The notes beneath the pieces are model-generated. The model had not been told where the DNA came from. It searched no databases and was given only the letters and a program-made list of their open reading frames with translations. Of a DNA stretch of 29,519 bases, positions 1 through 8,289 are shown piece by piece. The position numbers and the translations under genes were made by a program. The stretch comes from a virus (lineage: Duplodnaviria > Caudoviricetes), in IMG/VR virus record IMGVR_UViG_3300032820_001676, positions 1 through 29,519 of that record; one strand, 5' to 3'. The number at the start of each line of letters is the position of its first letter. The first letter of the stretch is position 1.

Positions 1-414
1 CGTTACTTCACTATCACTATAACTTTTAATTTCTAAAATATTACAATGTGGATCTTTAATAAAGAACGTTTCTTGTTCAAGCATTTTGCCTTCAAACCGT
101 ATAAAAGGTTTAAGCAAATAGCCAATGTTATGTTCTTCTACACGTCTTTTAATCTCATTATAGGCACTACGACTTAAATGTACTCCGAAGTGAGGAACCA
201 TTACATCGTTCATAGTATCTACATGATGTGCTTCAAATTTAGGTTTTTTAGTTGGGTCACTTGAGTGAAGAGTTAATTCATTACCGAAGAAATTAATGTC
301 AATCCAATTAGGAAGTTCTTTATCTGCTGATTCACAACCTAGCATATTAACATAGAAATTTACGGCTGAATCCATGTCTCCCACTTCAAGTGCTAAATGA
401 AATGTCGAGCTCAT
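1..414 (-). CDS. VOC/glyoxalase-family protein (COG3565-like), runs off the window edge
   Basis: Not in the ORF track. Manual translation from ATG at 414: MSSTFHLALEVGDMDSAVNFYVNMLGC...WIDINFFGNELTLH...VPHFGVHL...EQETFFIKDPHCNILEIKSY, with His/His/Glu metal ligands. AGGAG RBS upstream. Confidence 0.88.
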   Translation of the reverse strand, partial: MSSTFHLALEVGDMDSAVNFYVNMLGCESADKELPNWIDINFFGNELTLHSSDPTKKPKFEAHHVDTMNDVMVPHFGVHLSRSAYNEIKRRVEEHNIGYLLKPFIRFEGKMLEQETFFIKDPHCNILEIKSYSDSEVT

Positions 415-424
415 GCCCTGTCTC

Positions 425-488
425 CTAGAAAAGAACTTTTTACTAGGTTTCTATCTAGAAAAAGAACTTTTTACTAGGTTCTATCTAG
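425..488. repeat. Two ~30-nt tandem repeats, each an imperfect hairpin
   Basis: ctagaaaagaactttttactaggtttctat (425-454), ctagaaaaagaactttttactaggttctat (455-484), then ctag. Confidence 0.9.
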
Positions 489-498
489 GTATGAACAG

Positions 499-504
499 TA
501 TTTA
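499..504 (-). promoter_or_regulatory. T4-like late promoter core TAAATA for the VOC gene
   Basis: tattta on + strand, between the tRNA-Gly 3' end and the repeat leader. Confidence 0.5.
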
Positions 505-511
505 TTAAAAA

Positions 512-585
512 TGGAGCGGATGGTCGGAATCGAACCGACAGCATTAGCTTGGAAGGCTAAGGTATTACCACTATACGACACCCGC
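512..585 (-). tRNA. tRNA-Gly(TCC)
   Basis: Reverse complement GCGGGTGTCGTATAGTGGTAATACCTTAGCCTTCCAAGCTAATGCTGTCGGTTCGATTCCGACCATCCGCTCCA: cloverleaf, anticodon TCC, encoded CCA. Confidence 0.96.
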
Positions 586-593
586 ATTATCTT

Positions 594-622
594 ATTATAT
601 AATCTTATGTTGGAAAAGTCAA
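594..622 (-). promoter_or_regulatory. sigma70-type promoter for tRNA-Gly
   Basis: TTGACT-17nt-TATAAT on the minus strand, ending 8 nt before the tRNA. Confidence 0.8.
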
Positions 623-658
623 CCGTTCAAGTAGCACTTCTATTTACTTAAAACATCA

Positions 659-664
659 TAAATA
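659..664 (+). promoter_or_regulatory. Late promoter core (caTAAATA)
   Basis: Intergenic TAAATA upstream of AGGA RBS and ORF 684; motif recurs before many genes. Confidence 0.7.
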
Positions 665-683
665 CAGTATAGGAAACGGAACA

Positions 684-950
684 ATGAGAAAACGCACACG
701 ATCTATACTAGAAGAACTTAATAGCATACATAGAACTGCTGATAATGATGCTTTAATACAGTCTACAGGGCATAATTTAATAGAAAGTTCTATTAATTTG
801 CTTAATAGGATTACTGAAAGCTATTCTACAGATACAGCTTCTGAATTAGAAAGACGCTTTATTAATAGTATAAGAAGCGGTGACCCACGCAAATTTAAAC
901 GTGGGATTGATAGAATTATTGAAAGTAAAAGGCAATCTGATGATTCTTAA
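684..950 (+). CDS. Hypothetical phage protein, 88 aa
   Basis: ORF with RBS and late promoter; overlaps the next start. Confidence 0.75.
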   Translation: MRKRTRSILEELNSIHRTADNDALIQSTGHNLIESSINLLNRITESYSTDTASELERRFINSIRSGDPRKFKRGIDRIIESKRQSDDS

Positions 951-1644
951 CGAAGGTGGTAACATATTCAAAACTGCAACTGGTGAACCAGCGACAGTTC
1001 GAATCAATAAAGCTGATGTTAAGCCTACGCTTAAATGGTTAGAAAAGATCACCAAATTAGATCATACAAATCATATGCTAGGTAGTACTGGTGTTAAAGA
1101 TACTAGTGGAGACTTAGATGTTGCAATTGATAAAGAAAAAGTTGACAAAAACGAATTAGTAAGTATACTACAAGCCTGGGTAGTTAAAAATTACCCAAAA
1201 GAAGATCCAAAGCATTGGATTAAAAAATCAGGAATATCAGTACACTTCAAAACACCAATCAATGGTGATCCAAAGAATGGCTATGTCCAAACTGATTTAA
1301 TGTTTGGCGATCAAAAATTTATGAAATTTGCTTTAGGAGGAATGGATGCAAAGAGTAATTTCAAAGGTCAACATCGTATGATAATGATTGCCTCTCTTGC
1401 TAAAGCTCAAGGTTACAAGTGGTCTCCTCAAAATGGATTAGTAGACAGATTAACTAACGAGCCTACAAAAAAAGCTAAAGACCCAGAATTCATTGCTAAA
1501 ACTTTAATGGGACCAACAGCGACAGCAAAAGATCTACAAAGTGTAGAATCAATTAATAACAAAATTAAATCAGATCCTAACTACGAGGCTTTAGTAAAAG
1601 ATGCTAAAGACTGGTTTGAGAAGGATGGACTAGAGCTACCATAA
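940..1644 (+). CDS. Pol-beta/PolX-superfamily nucleotidyltransferase-like protein
   Basis: LGSTGVKDTSGDLDVAI fits hGS-x-DhD; third acid in VQTDLMF. Probable start ATG 940 (MILNEGG) rather than 880. Confidence 0.7.
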   Translation: MILNEGGNIFKTATGEPATVRINKADVKPTLKWLEKITKLDHTNHMLGSTGVKDTSGDLDVAIDKEKVDKNELVSILQAWVVKNYPKEDPKHWIKKSGISVHFKTPINGDPKNGYVQTDLMFGDQKFMKFALGGMDAKSNFKGQHRMIMIASLAKAQGYKWSPQNGLVDRLTNEPTKKAKDPEFIAKTLMGPTATAKDLQSVESINNKIKSDPNYEALVKDAKDWFEKDGLELP

Positions 1645-3161
1645 TGAGATTTTTTGAATTTAAACAAATTGTAAATGAAGTAGAAGCACGTATCCAACAC
1701 GCAGAAGATGTTGTCTTCTGGGAAGGATCAGCTGGTGCAAAAAGAGCCTTAAAGGCATTATCTAATATGGCTAAAGGTGAAACTAAAGATGTTACAATTA
1801 AATGGGACGGCTCACCAGCAGTAATATTTGGACGTGATGATAAAGGTAAATTTATTTTTACAGATAAGTCAGGCTTTGGAGCAAAAGGTTACGATGGTAG
1901 ATCACAAAGCGGAGATGACTTAGAAAATATGTTGTTAGGCAGAGGCAAGGGTGGAGAAAAATCAGATAGTTATAAAGCATTTGCGGCCAACATGAAAGAC
2001 GTGTTTGACGAATACGAAAAAGCAGTCCCTAAAAAACATAGAGGATTTTTTAAAGGAGACTTATTATATTTTAATAAGCCACAAATAGTTGACGGTGCAT
2101 ATACTTTTAAACCCAATACTGTACAATACAAAGTTCAAACAGACAGCGACTTAGGTAAAAGAGTAGGTAAAAGTAAAACAGGAATTGTTATTCACAGAGT
2201 TGTTGATGCTAATGGTACAGAAGGACCTTTAACAGATTCAGATATATTTGAAGGAAACGAAGTATTAGTATTACCGCCAGTAACTACACAAGCACCTCCA
2301 CAAATAGATACAACTGGAATTAAAAACTTAGATTCTATTATTAGTAAGAATGGAACGGCAATTGATGCTCTATTAAATCAAGAAACATTACGTAACATGA
2401 AAGTTAGTGACTTTCCTCAAATACTATACACTTATACAAATAGATGTGTAGATGATAAATGTTTAGATAATTTAGGAAAAGATTTTGTACAATGGTTAAG
2501 TGGAAGTAAAGTTAGTAGAATTAAACAAGGTAAAATTATTGAATACCTTAAAGCAAATATGCAAGGCGTAAACGCATTATGGCAAACTGTTTCAGGCATT
2601 ATGAAAGTGAAAGACGACATTGTACAACAACTAGATCAACAACCTGCTGATGTAAAAGCAACAATAGGTAACACACCAGGTGGTGAAGGTTATGTATTAG
2701 CCCACCCAGGTGGTGATTTAAAATTAGTTAACCGCAGTAATTTTAGTGCGGCTAACAGAGCAATCAAAAGGGAGACTATTATGAGAGCAAGTGAATTCGA
2801 CAAAGATGATGATTTCGAATTAATGAAAAAAGATAAAATAGACCCTGCTGACATTGATGATGCTGGTATCAGTCCTGGATTTAAAAATGACACTATATTT
2901 GACCAACTAGGTAAAATATTAGATTCAGCTGGCAATCCAAATCCAAGAGATACTATAGTAACAGACGATAACAAAAAGTTTAAAGTTTCAGTACCACAAG
3001 CTAAAACATTAAGAATGATGCTTACTACTGATAAAGTTAAACCAGCTGTACGTTTTGAGTTTACTAAAGCTATTCAAAGTTCAGAAGGACTAGCACCATT
3101 TCTAAAGGTAAAAGATCCTAAAGAAATGATAAACATCTTTGCTGACAAATATATGAAGTAG
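1644..3161 (+). CDS. ATP-dependent ligase/RNA-ligase-fold protein (DUF6267-like) with an extra C-terminal domain
   Basis: TIKWDGSP (motif I KxDG), FKGDLL (III), GEGYVL (IV), LKLVNR (V). Internal GGGAG-ATG at 2781. Confidence 0.65.
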   Translation: MRFFEFKQIVNEVEARIQHAEDVVFWEGSAGAKRALKALSNMAKGETKDVTIKWDGSPAVIFGRDDKGKFIFTDKSGFGAKGYDGRSQSGDDLENMLLGRGKGGEKSDSYKAFAANMKDVFDEYEKAVPKKHRGFFKGDLLYFNKPQIVDGAYTFKPNTVQYKVQTDSDLGKRVGKSKTGIVIHRVVDANGTEGPLTDSDIFEGNEVLVLPPVTTQAPPQIDTTGIKNLDSIISKNGTAIDALLNQETLRNMKVSDFPQILYTYTNRCVDDKCLDNLGKDFVQWLSGSKVSRIKQGKIIEYLKANMQGVNALWQTVSGIMKVKDDIVQQLDQQPADVKATIGNTPGGEGYVLAHPGGDLKLVNRSNFSAANRAIKRETIMRASEFDKDDDFELMKKDKIDPADIDDAGISPGFKNDTIFDQLGKILDSAGNPNPRDTIVTDDNKKFKVSVPQAKTLRMMLTTDKVKPAVRFEFTKAIQSSEGLAPFLKVKDPKEMINIFADKYMK

Positions 3162-3169
3162 AAAACGTT

Positions 3170-4045
3170 ATGGACCTAAACTTTTTAGAAGAGATCTATG
3201 AAGCGAGGATGACTCGTAATTCAACAGACCAACGTCAGTTAACATATACTGATTGTAGTGAGCGTCTATATCTGTCTCTATTAATTCTAGAAGTTTTAAG
3301 GAAGTATCCTTCATTTACACCAATAGCAAATGGTTATGCACGAAATACAGTAACCAATAATAACTACAAGCATTTTCGTATACACGCAACAGATTTATAT
3401 AACTTAATATATTTTGTTAATGGTGACGAAGATGCAATGAATAAATTAAAAGACCCTGCATCAGCAGTGGCAATGCGTAAACGTACAAAACTTCCTATAA
3501 TGCGACTTAATGGATATCTACATCAAGTAGCAAGTGGCTTTTCAGGAAGTAACTCCGAACTGTTTATTAATATAGAAAATGCTTTACGTATTAATAATTC
3601 TGAATACAAAGCAATTAGACGCCAAGTAGCTAATTTTAAGAGTCTTGGAATGTTAGATAAAAAGAAAGTTGTAACAAAACTTCTATTAGCTACAAGAGCC
3701 AAACTAAGAAATAGTGATTTAATTCCTCACTTAGAAGAATTAGCCGCACAGAGAGATTTAGAAACAGGACAGGTTGCTGACAATGAACCAACTATTAGTA
3801 CGCCTGATGCACTTCCAACAACTAATAAAGACTTAATGTTTTATAGATACATTGTTGGTCCTCGTAATTTAGTTGGTACTAAAAAGTTTTTAGATATGGC
3901 TAAACAAGGTAAAAGTGTACCTTCCCCATTCGTTCAAGCCTACTTACCAGCTATTCAAATGTTAGATGATATAGTAAAAGCTGGCCCAGGATACATCACA
4001 ATGCTCAGAGCACTCCAAAAACGAGCAAAAATGAACACAAAGTAA
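3170..4045 (+). CDS. Hypothetical helical phage protein, 291 aa
   Basis: Long ORF in operon; N-terminal IYE|A propeptide-like site. Confidence 0.8.
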   Translation: MDLNFLEEIYEARMTRNSTDQRQLTYTDCSERLYLSLLILEVLRKYPSFTPIANGYARNTVTNNNYKHFRIHATDLYNLIYFVNGDEDAMNKLKDPASAVAMRKRTKLPIMRLNGYLHQVASGFSGSNSELFINIENALRINNSEYKAIRRQVANFKSLGMLDKKKVVTKLLLATRAKLRNSDLIPHLEELAAQRDLETGQVADNEPTISTPDALPTTNKDLMFYRYIVGPRNLVGTKKFLDMAKQGKSVPSPFVQAYLPAIQMLDDIVKAGPGYITMLRALQKRAKMNTK

Positions 4046-4065
4046 GCCAAAAACTCCAAAAAGAC

Positions 4066-4071
4066 TAAATA
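4066..4071 (+). promoter_or_regulatory. Late promoter core TAAATA
   Basis: Intergenic, upstream of AGGAG RBS of ORF 4133. Confidence 0.7.
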
Positions 4072-4132
4072 TATATAACTGACATACAAGAGAAACGTAT
4101 GTTAAGTCATTAGAGAAAACAGGAGAAATAAA

Positions 4133-4471
4133 ATGGCTGGAGTAGCAAGAGTAACAGGAATAGGTCACGCACATCAGACCTTATATTCAACAGCAAACTT
4201 AGGTTTTTACGTAATCGACGCAGGCGGATCATTAGCAGGCGAAGGTGGAATCGGCAAAGCCTTAGAAGCAATTGCACAAGCAATTAACCCATTAGCTTTC
4301 AATTCTGAAGGTACAGCTGGATTAGTTAACGTAGTAGTTGACGATTCACAGTGGGACGCGGCGGCTTTACAAGCGGCAGTACGTCACCTAGGAACTACAG
4401 TAGGTTCTGGAGACTATGACGCAAGTGCGGCAACGGCAACTGCTGGTGGACAATTTATAGTATCTGCGTAA
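4133..4471 (+). CDS. Small Ala/Gly-rich protein, probably virion structural
   Basis: Own late promoter, strong RBS and terminator; composition typical of decoration proteins (function inferred). Confidence 0.65.
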   Translation: MAGVARVTGIGHAHQTLYSTANLGFYVIDAGGSLAGEGGIGKALEAIAQAINPLAFNSEGTAGLVNVVVDDSQWDAAALQAAVRHLGTTVGSGDYDASAATATAGGQFIVSA

Positions 4472-4502
4472 TTTAATTACACTTTACTATTAAACACTAT
4501 AG

Positions 4503-4535
4503 AAAAGGGCTCAGTTTATACTGGGCCCTTTTTTT
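4503..4535 (+). terminator. Rho-independent terminator
   Basis: aaaagggctcagt-ttat-actgggccc followed by T7. Confidence 0.9.
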
Positions 4536-4558
4536 GTGGCCGATAAGTATAACTAATC

Positions 4559-4981
4559 ATGCAATCACTAGAAATTAAAACATTAGTAGATATTACACAA
4601 ACTGGCCAAACCAAATTTAAAAGCCAAGATAGACTATTAATTAACCAACAGGCAAATTGGAATACTTTCCTTCAAGTTTTAAGTATGCGTATAAATCCTA
4701 TATTTGATGGTAGTCCAGTTAAAGTTACCCGTGCATTAGAGCCTGAAGAATTTGGTTCTGATTATAAAGAAAAAGAATACAATGTTTGGGAATTTAAATT
4801 CCAAAGTGAACGTGATGAAGCATTAACACCCGAAATGTTACGTGAGGACTTCGATTTAATACCAGTTATTAAAGGACTAGAAGAATCTATAATAAATAAT
4901 AGTGATGCGTTCCGAACTACTGGGATGGCACAAAATATTGTGTTTATGTATGCAGATAATAAAGAAAGTCTCGAGACATAA
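4559..4981 (+). CDS. Hypothetical phage protein, 140 aa
   Basis: ORF preceded by TAAGTA late-promoter variant at 4544-4549. Confidence 0.8.
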   Translation: MQSLEIKTLVDITQTGQTKFKSQDRLLINQQANWNTFLQVLSMRINPIFDGSPVKVTRALEPEEFGSDYKEKEYNVWEFKFQSERDEALTPEMLREDFDLIPVIKGLEESIINNSDAFRTTGMAQNIVFMYADNKESLET

Positions 4982-5096
4982 ATATAATTGTGAAAGAGTT
5001 AAGTTAGATTGCTAGTTCACCAGGCACTTAAAAACATATAGCAGGCGATTACATATTAGGCCCCTTCCACGATAATTAACGGAATGGAGAGATATA

Positions 5097-5345
5097 ATGG
5101 CGAAAAGTGCCATAGTAAAAAGTGACGTAGAAAAAGATAACCTAGAAGCTCATGTGGCTCTTTGCCACCAACGCTATGAGAATCTAGAACGCAGATTAAC
5201 TACAATTGAAGACAAAGTCGAACATATCCATACCGATATAATCCACGGCAATAAATCAATGATGAAAGTAATAGTAGGAGCCACAGGTACTATTATAGCT
5301 GGCTTACTTTCCACCCTTGTTGTATTGCTCATGAATTTTAACTAA
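5097..5345 (+). CDS. Small coiled-coil protein with C-terminal TM helix (XhlA/holin-like architecture)
   Basis: Heptads YENLERRLTTIEDKVEHI, then VIVGATGTIIAGLLSTLVVLLM; GGAG RBS; TAAATA at 4979-4984. Confidence 0.65.
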   Translation: MAKSAIVKSDVEKDNLEAHVALCHQRYENLERRLTTIEDKVEHIHTDIIHGNKSMMKVIVGATGTIIAGLLSTLVVLLMNFN

Positions 5346-5373
5346 TCCCCCTTACATTAACATAAATACACGT

Positions 5374-5763
5374 ATGCTGTTACGTGAACTCTATAATCAT
5401 CTAGACGAGAAACAAATCTGGGGTAGATCCGGACAAAAAGTAGTACGGAAGTTCCGATGTACTGTAGGTCGTCGCAAAGGACGTATTGTTAAAAAAATTG
5501 CACAATGCTTTGCCTCGCCTAATATAAAAGCTAGAGTTACAATGAAGCGTACTAGAGGCAGGGTTGGCGCTAAGATGATGCGTAAACGTCAAAAAACAAT
5601 GCGTACAAACCCAGCATCAAAACGAGTACAAGCATTAAACAAAGCTAGTGCTAAGAAGTCAACAGCTAAAAAGGCAGTAGCAAGAAGTTTTAGAAACTTT
5701 AAACCAGGTAGATCTTTACCAAAACCTCTTAAAACTTATAAACCAAAGAAGGCTAAAAAGTAA
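5374..5763 (+). CDS. Highly basic protein, paralogue 1 (putative DNA-condensing core protein)
   Basis: K/R-rich; QIWGRS..KVV.K.RC..G.RKGRIV shared with the next ORF; TAAATA 5 nt before ATG. Confidence 0.75.
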   Translation: MLLRELYNHLDEKQIWGRSGQKVVRKFRCTVGRRKGRIVKKIAQCFASPNIKARVTMKRTRGRVGAKMMRKRQKTMRTNPASKRVQALNKASAKKSTAKKAVARSFRNFKPGRSLPKPLKTYKPKKAKK

Positions 5764-6200
5764 TGAAGGTAGCTGAAATAACAGAAGGAATTCTTACTGA
5801 AGGTGTACAGCAAATTTGGGGTAGATCTAAAGGTAAAGTTGTTAAGAAATACAGATGCACTACTGGAACTAGAAAAGGACGTATTGTTGCATCACCTACA
5901 ACTTGTAATGCTCCTAAAAAAATAAGTAGTATGATTACAATGAAGAAAGCTAGAAGGTTACGTAACCCAGTACTTCAAGTAAAAGCTAGTAGGCGTAAAA
6001 GAGCAGGTGTGGCTTCACAACGTATTGCATCATTAAATAAACCATTAGGACAAAAAAGATATGGCAAAGCTCAATCTCGACGTAAATCTTTAGGTAAAGC
6101 AAGTAGAATTAAACCTAGACATACACAGGTATCACGTAAACAATCTGCACCACAAAGAGGATTAAAAAAGAGAGCAAAGTCAACAAGAAAGAAAATTTAG
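5763..6200 (+). CDS. Highly basic protein, paralogue 2
   Basis: QIWGRSKGKVVKKYRCTTGTRKGRIV; acidic N-terminal ILTE|G. Confidence 0.75.
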   Translation: MKVAEITEGILTEGVQQIWGRSKGKVVKKYRCTTGTRKGRIVASPTTCNAPKKISSMITMKKARRLRNPVLQVKASRRKRAGVASQRIASLNKPLGQKRYGKAQSRRKSLGKASRIKPRHTQVSRKQSAPQRGLKKRAKSTRKKI

Positions 6201-6213
6201 AGTAAATACTATT

Positions 6214-6708
6214 ATGAGAGCTTACGAATTTACAAAACCTATAGAAGAAGCAAAAGTCGTAGAGATTGTTCCTACTAATGAAGCTACTCCAAATCTCGGA
6301 GCAGTTGCTGGTAGGGTCGGTCAAGCTATGGGAGATTTAGCGTCAAAAGGTGCAGGAGCGGCGGCGGCTATGGGACAAACATTAAACAAAGCTAAACAAG
6401 TAGGTTCCAAAGTGGCCAAATCGGCGAAAGCGGCAATCAAAAAAGGACAAGACAAAGTAGCCTCAGCAATCCTTAAAAAAGGATCACAATTAGCAATTCC
6501 AACAGACGGTGGAAAAGAAGAAGAATTCGATATCGTAGATATTAACGGAGACGAAGTTACATTAAAGAACCCAGTACCCAAAAAGGGTGAACCACAAGGT
6601 TTCGTTTATAAAAAAGATGAACTAGATGCTATAGTAAAAGCTAAAGCAGATAAAGTTGCAGGAAGCGATCCTGCAGGCGGTGGTAATCCAGCAGGACAGG
6701 TAGTATAA
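6214..6708 (+). CDS. Hypothetical protein, probable internal head protein
   Basis: MRAYEF...IEE|A N-terminus; TAAATA at 6203-6208. Confidence 0.7.
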   Translation: MRAYEFTKPIEEAKVVEIVPTNEATPNLGAVAGRVGQAMGDLASKGAGAAAAMGQTLNKAKQVGSKVAKSAKAAIKKGQDKVASAILKKGSQLAIPTDGGKEEEFDIVDINGDEVTLKNPVPKKGEPQGFVYKKDELDAIVKAKADKVAGSDPAGGGNPAGQVV

Positions 6709-6914
6709 TGAAAATTAACGATCTCGTAGGAGAATTTACAATAGCAATGAGTAATGAAGAATCAGAAGTTCTTAAAAAACTCGATAATCCATTACCATTA
6801 CATTCTTTTCCCGAACGTGAGCAATTCGTTATTGAAGGACTTATCCGTAAAGCACTGGTAAGTAAAGTACGCAATAACAATATGACGTTGGTAGTTGCTA
6901 ATGAAGACTTCTAA
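6708..6914 (+). CDS. Hypothetical small protein (possible winged helix)
   Basis: Coupled TAATG start; VIEGLIRKALV resembles a wHTH helix. Confidence 0.65.
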   Translation: MKINDLVGEFTIAMSNEESEVLKKLDNPLPLHSFPEREQFVIEGLIRKALVSKVRNNNMTLVVANEDF

Positions 6915-7326
6915 ACTAGCACAAGATTTAGATACTATTATGGAAGCAGGACTTCAAGAAGTCTTTATTCCCTATGCTAAAGGTAATAGCATACGTATTA
7001 AGAATACTGTAATTAGACGTTCCAAGCAAGGATTTTTAATATTTGACGTTAAAAACAGTAAACGTATAGCAGAAACATTTAGTAAGCGTGGAGCAATAGC
7101 TTATGCTCGTTGTATATCCAAAAATAAGGAAGATGAGCTTAATACTGTACTACATTTGGATCAAAAGCTAGGAAAGTACTATATGGATAGCTTATATGCT
7201 AAAAATACCATTGAAAAGACGTCAGATAGGTTTAGACAAGAGTCTGCTTTAACACTTTTTGATATAGCGAAGGACAAAACATACGAATATACGTGTCAAC
7301 TTGACGACTATATCTTTGACGATTGA
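6901..7326 (+). CDS. Hypothetical phage protein
   Basis: ORF in operon; ATG 6901 preferred over TTG 6895. Confidence 0.7.
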   Translation: MKTSKLAQDLDTIMEAGLQEVFIPYAKGNSIRIKNTVIRRSKQGFLIFDVKNSKRIAETFSKRGAIAYARCISKNKEDELNTVLHLDQKLGKYYMDSLYAKNTIEKTSDRFRQESALTLFDIAKDKTYEYTCQLDDYIFDD

Positions 7327-7365
7327 TGATAAATAACTATAACACTTAGGATAGGAATATAAGAT

Positions 7366-8289
7366 ATGAAAATACATGAACTATCAAAACCATTAACAGC
7401 AAATGCGTTGAATGAAAGTCTTGGCAAAAATTTCGGGCAAAAGCTTCGACTAGAATCTTTTACTCTAGCACAACTGGAAGACGCACGAAACAGACTAAGA
7501 ACTCAGTTAGCAGATGTTGAAACTAATGAGAGCTTTGAAACTGTTCATAGTAGCGATGCTTACCAAAGAGGTAAATTATTCCTTGACACAATCAACAAAG
7601 AAATTGCTGAGCGTGATGAATGGGTCGTAGAAGCTGATAAAGACCCACAAACAGATTTTACTAAATGGCTTAAAGGTACTCACGATAAGTCCGTAAGAGA
7701 ACTTAAAGGAAATGAGTACGTTAAAATGTCAAAAGAATTTCAGGCAAGCAAAAGCAAAAAAGATGAAGCTGTAGTTAAAGAAGGCGCAGAAGAATCAGCT
7801 CAACTAGTAATGGCCGCAAAGGACATGGTTGACAGAATTACTGGCTGGATGGAAGATACAGCTGAAATGCAAACAGAGTCAATGCTAGAACTAGGCGATG
7901 CAATCCGCGACGAATTAGGCAGTGAAATGAGTGAACAATTCATTGGTACTGTAAAGCCAGCATTAGAACAATTATATACGACTTTTGAAGGAACACGTGA
8001 AGCACTAACAGGTGGCGTAGCCATTATAACAGGCGAAGGTGGGCCAGAACCAATGCCAGGTGAAGAAGGCGGTGAGGTTCCTGCAGAGGACCCAGCGATG
8101 GAACCTGTCGACGATGGAACTGGTGAAGCAGGTGCTGAAGAACCAGTTGCTGATGAATTTGGCGCAAGTGAACCTGCTACAGGCGGTGAAGAAGTTGCAG
8201 ACAGGGAAAAAAGAGAAAGCGTAGAAAGATCACGAAGATTAGGAAACATCCTAAGTAGCGAAGAGGCTACTTCAAAAAAAAAGTCTTAG
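7366..8289 (+). CDS. Acidic coiled-coil protein, putative prohead core/scaffold-like
   Basis: Late promoter 7330-7335; several (L/V)xE|S/A/G sites; E/P/G-rich linker; ends in the A9 run SKKKS*. Confidence 0.65.
   Translation: MKIHELSKPLTANALNESLGKNFGQKLRLESFTLAQLEDARNRLRTQLADVETNESFETVHSSDAYQRGKLFLDTINKEIAERDEWVVEADKDPQTDFTKWLKGTHDKSVRELKGNEYVKMSKEFQASKSKKDEAVVKEGAEESAQLVMAAKDMVDRITGWMEDTAEMQTESMLELGDAIRDELGSEMSEQFIGTVKPALEQLYTTFEGTREALTGGVAIITGEGGPEPMPGEEGGEVPAEDPAMEPVDDGTGEAGAEEPVADEFGASEPATGGEEVADREKRESVERSRRLGNILSSEEATSKKKS

Noticed and set aside
425-488. Possible mini-CRISPR array
   Set aside because: Repeats are directly adjacent with no spacers, and there are no cas genes
880-939. 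Track start for the nucleotidyltransferase ORF
   Set aside because: Deep overlap with the upstream gene; ATG 940 fits coupling and the N-terminal signature better
7800-8249. 149-aa minus-strand ORF and similar antisense ORFs (e.g. 2690-2974, 27781-28110)
   Set aside because: Ser/Pro-rich shadows of real plus-strand genes, with no RBS or motifs
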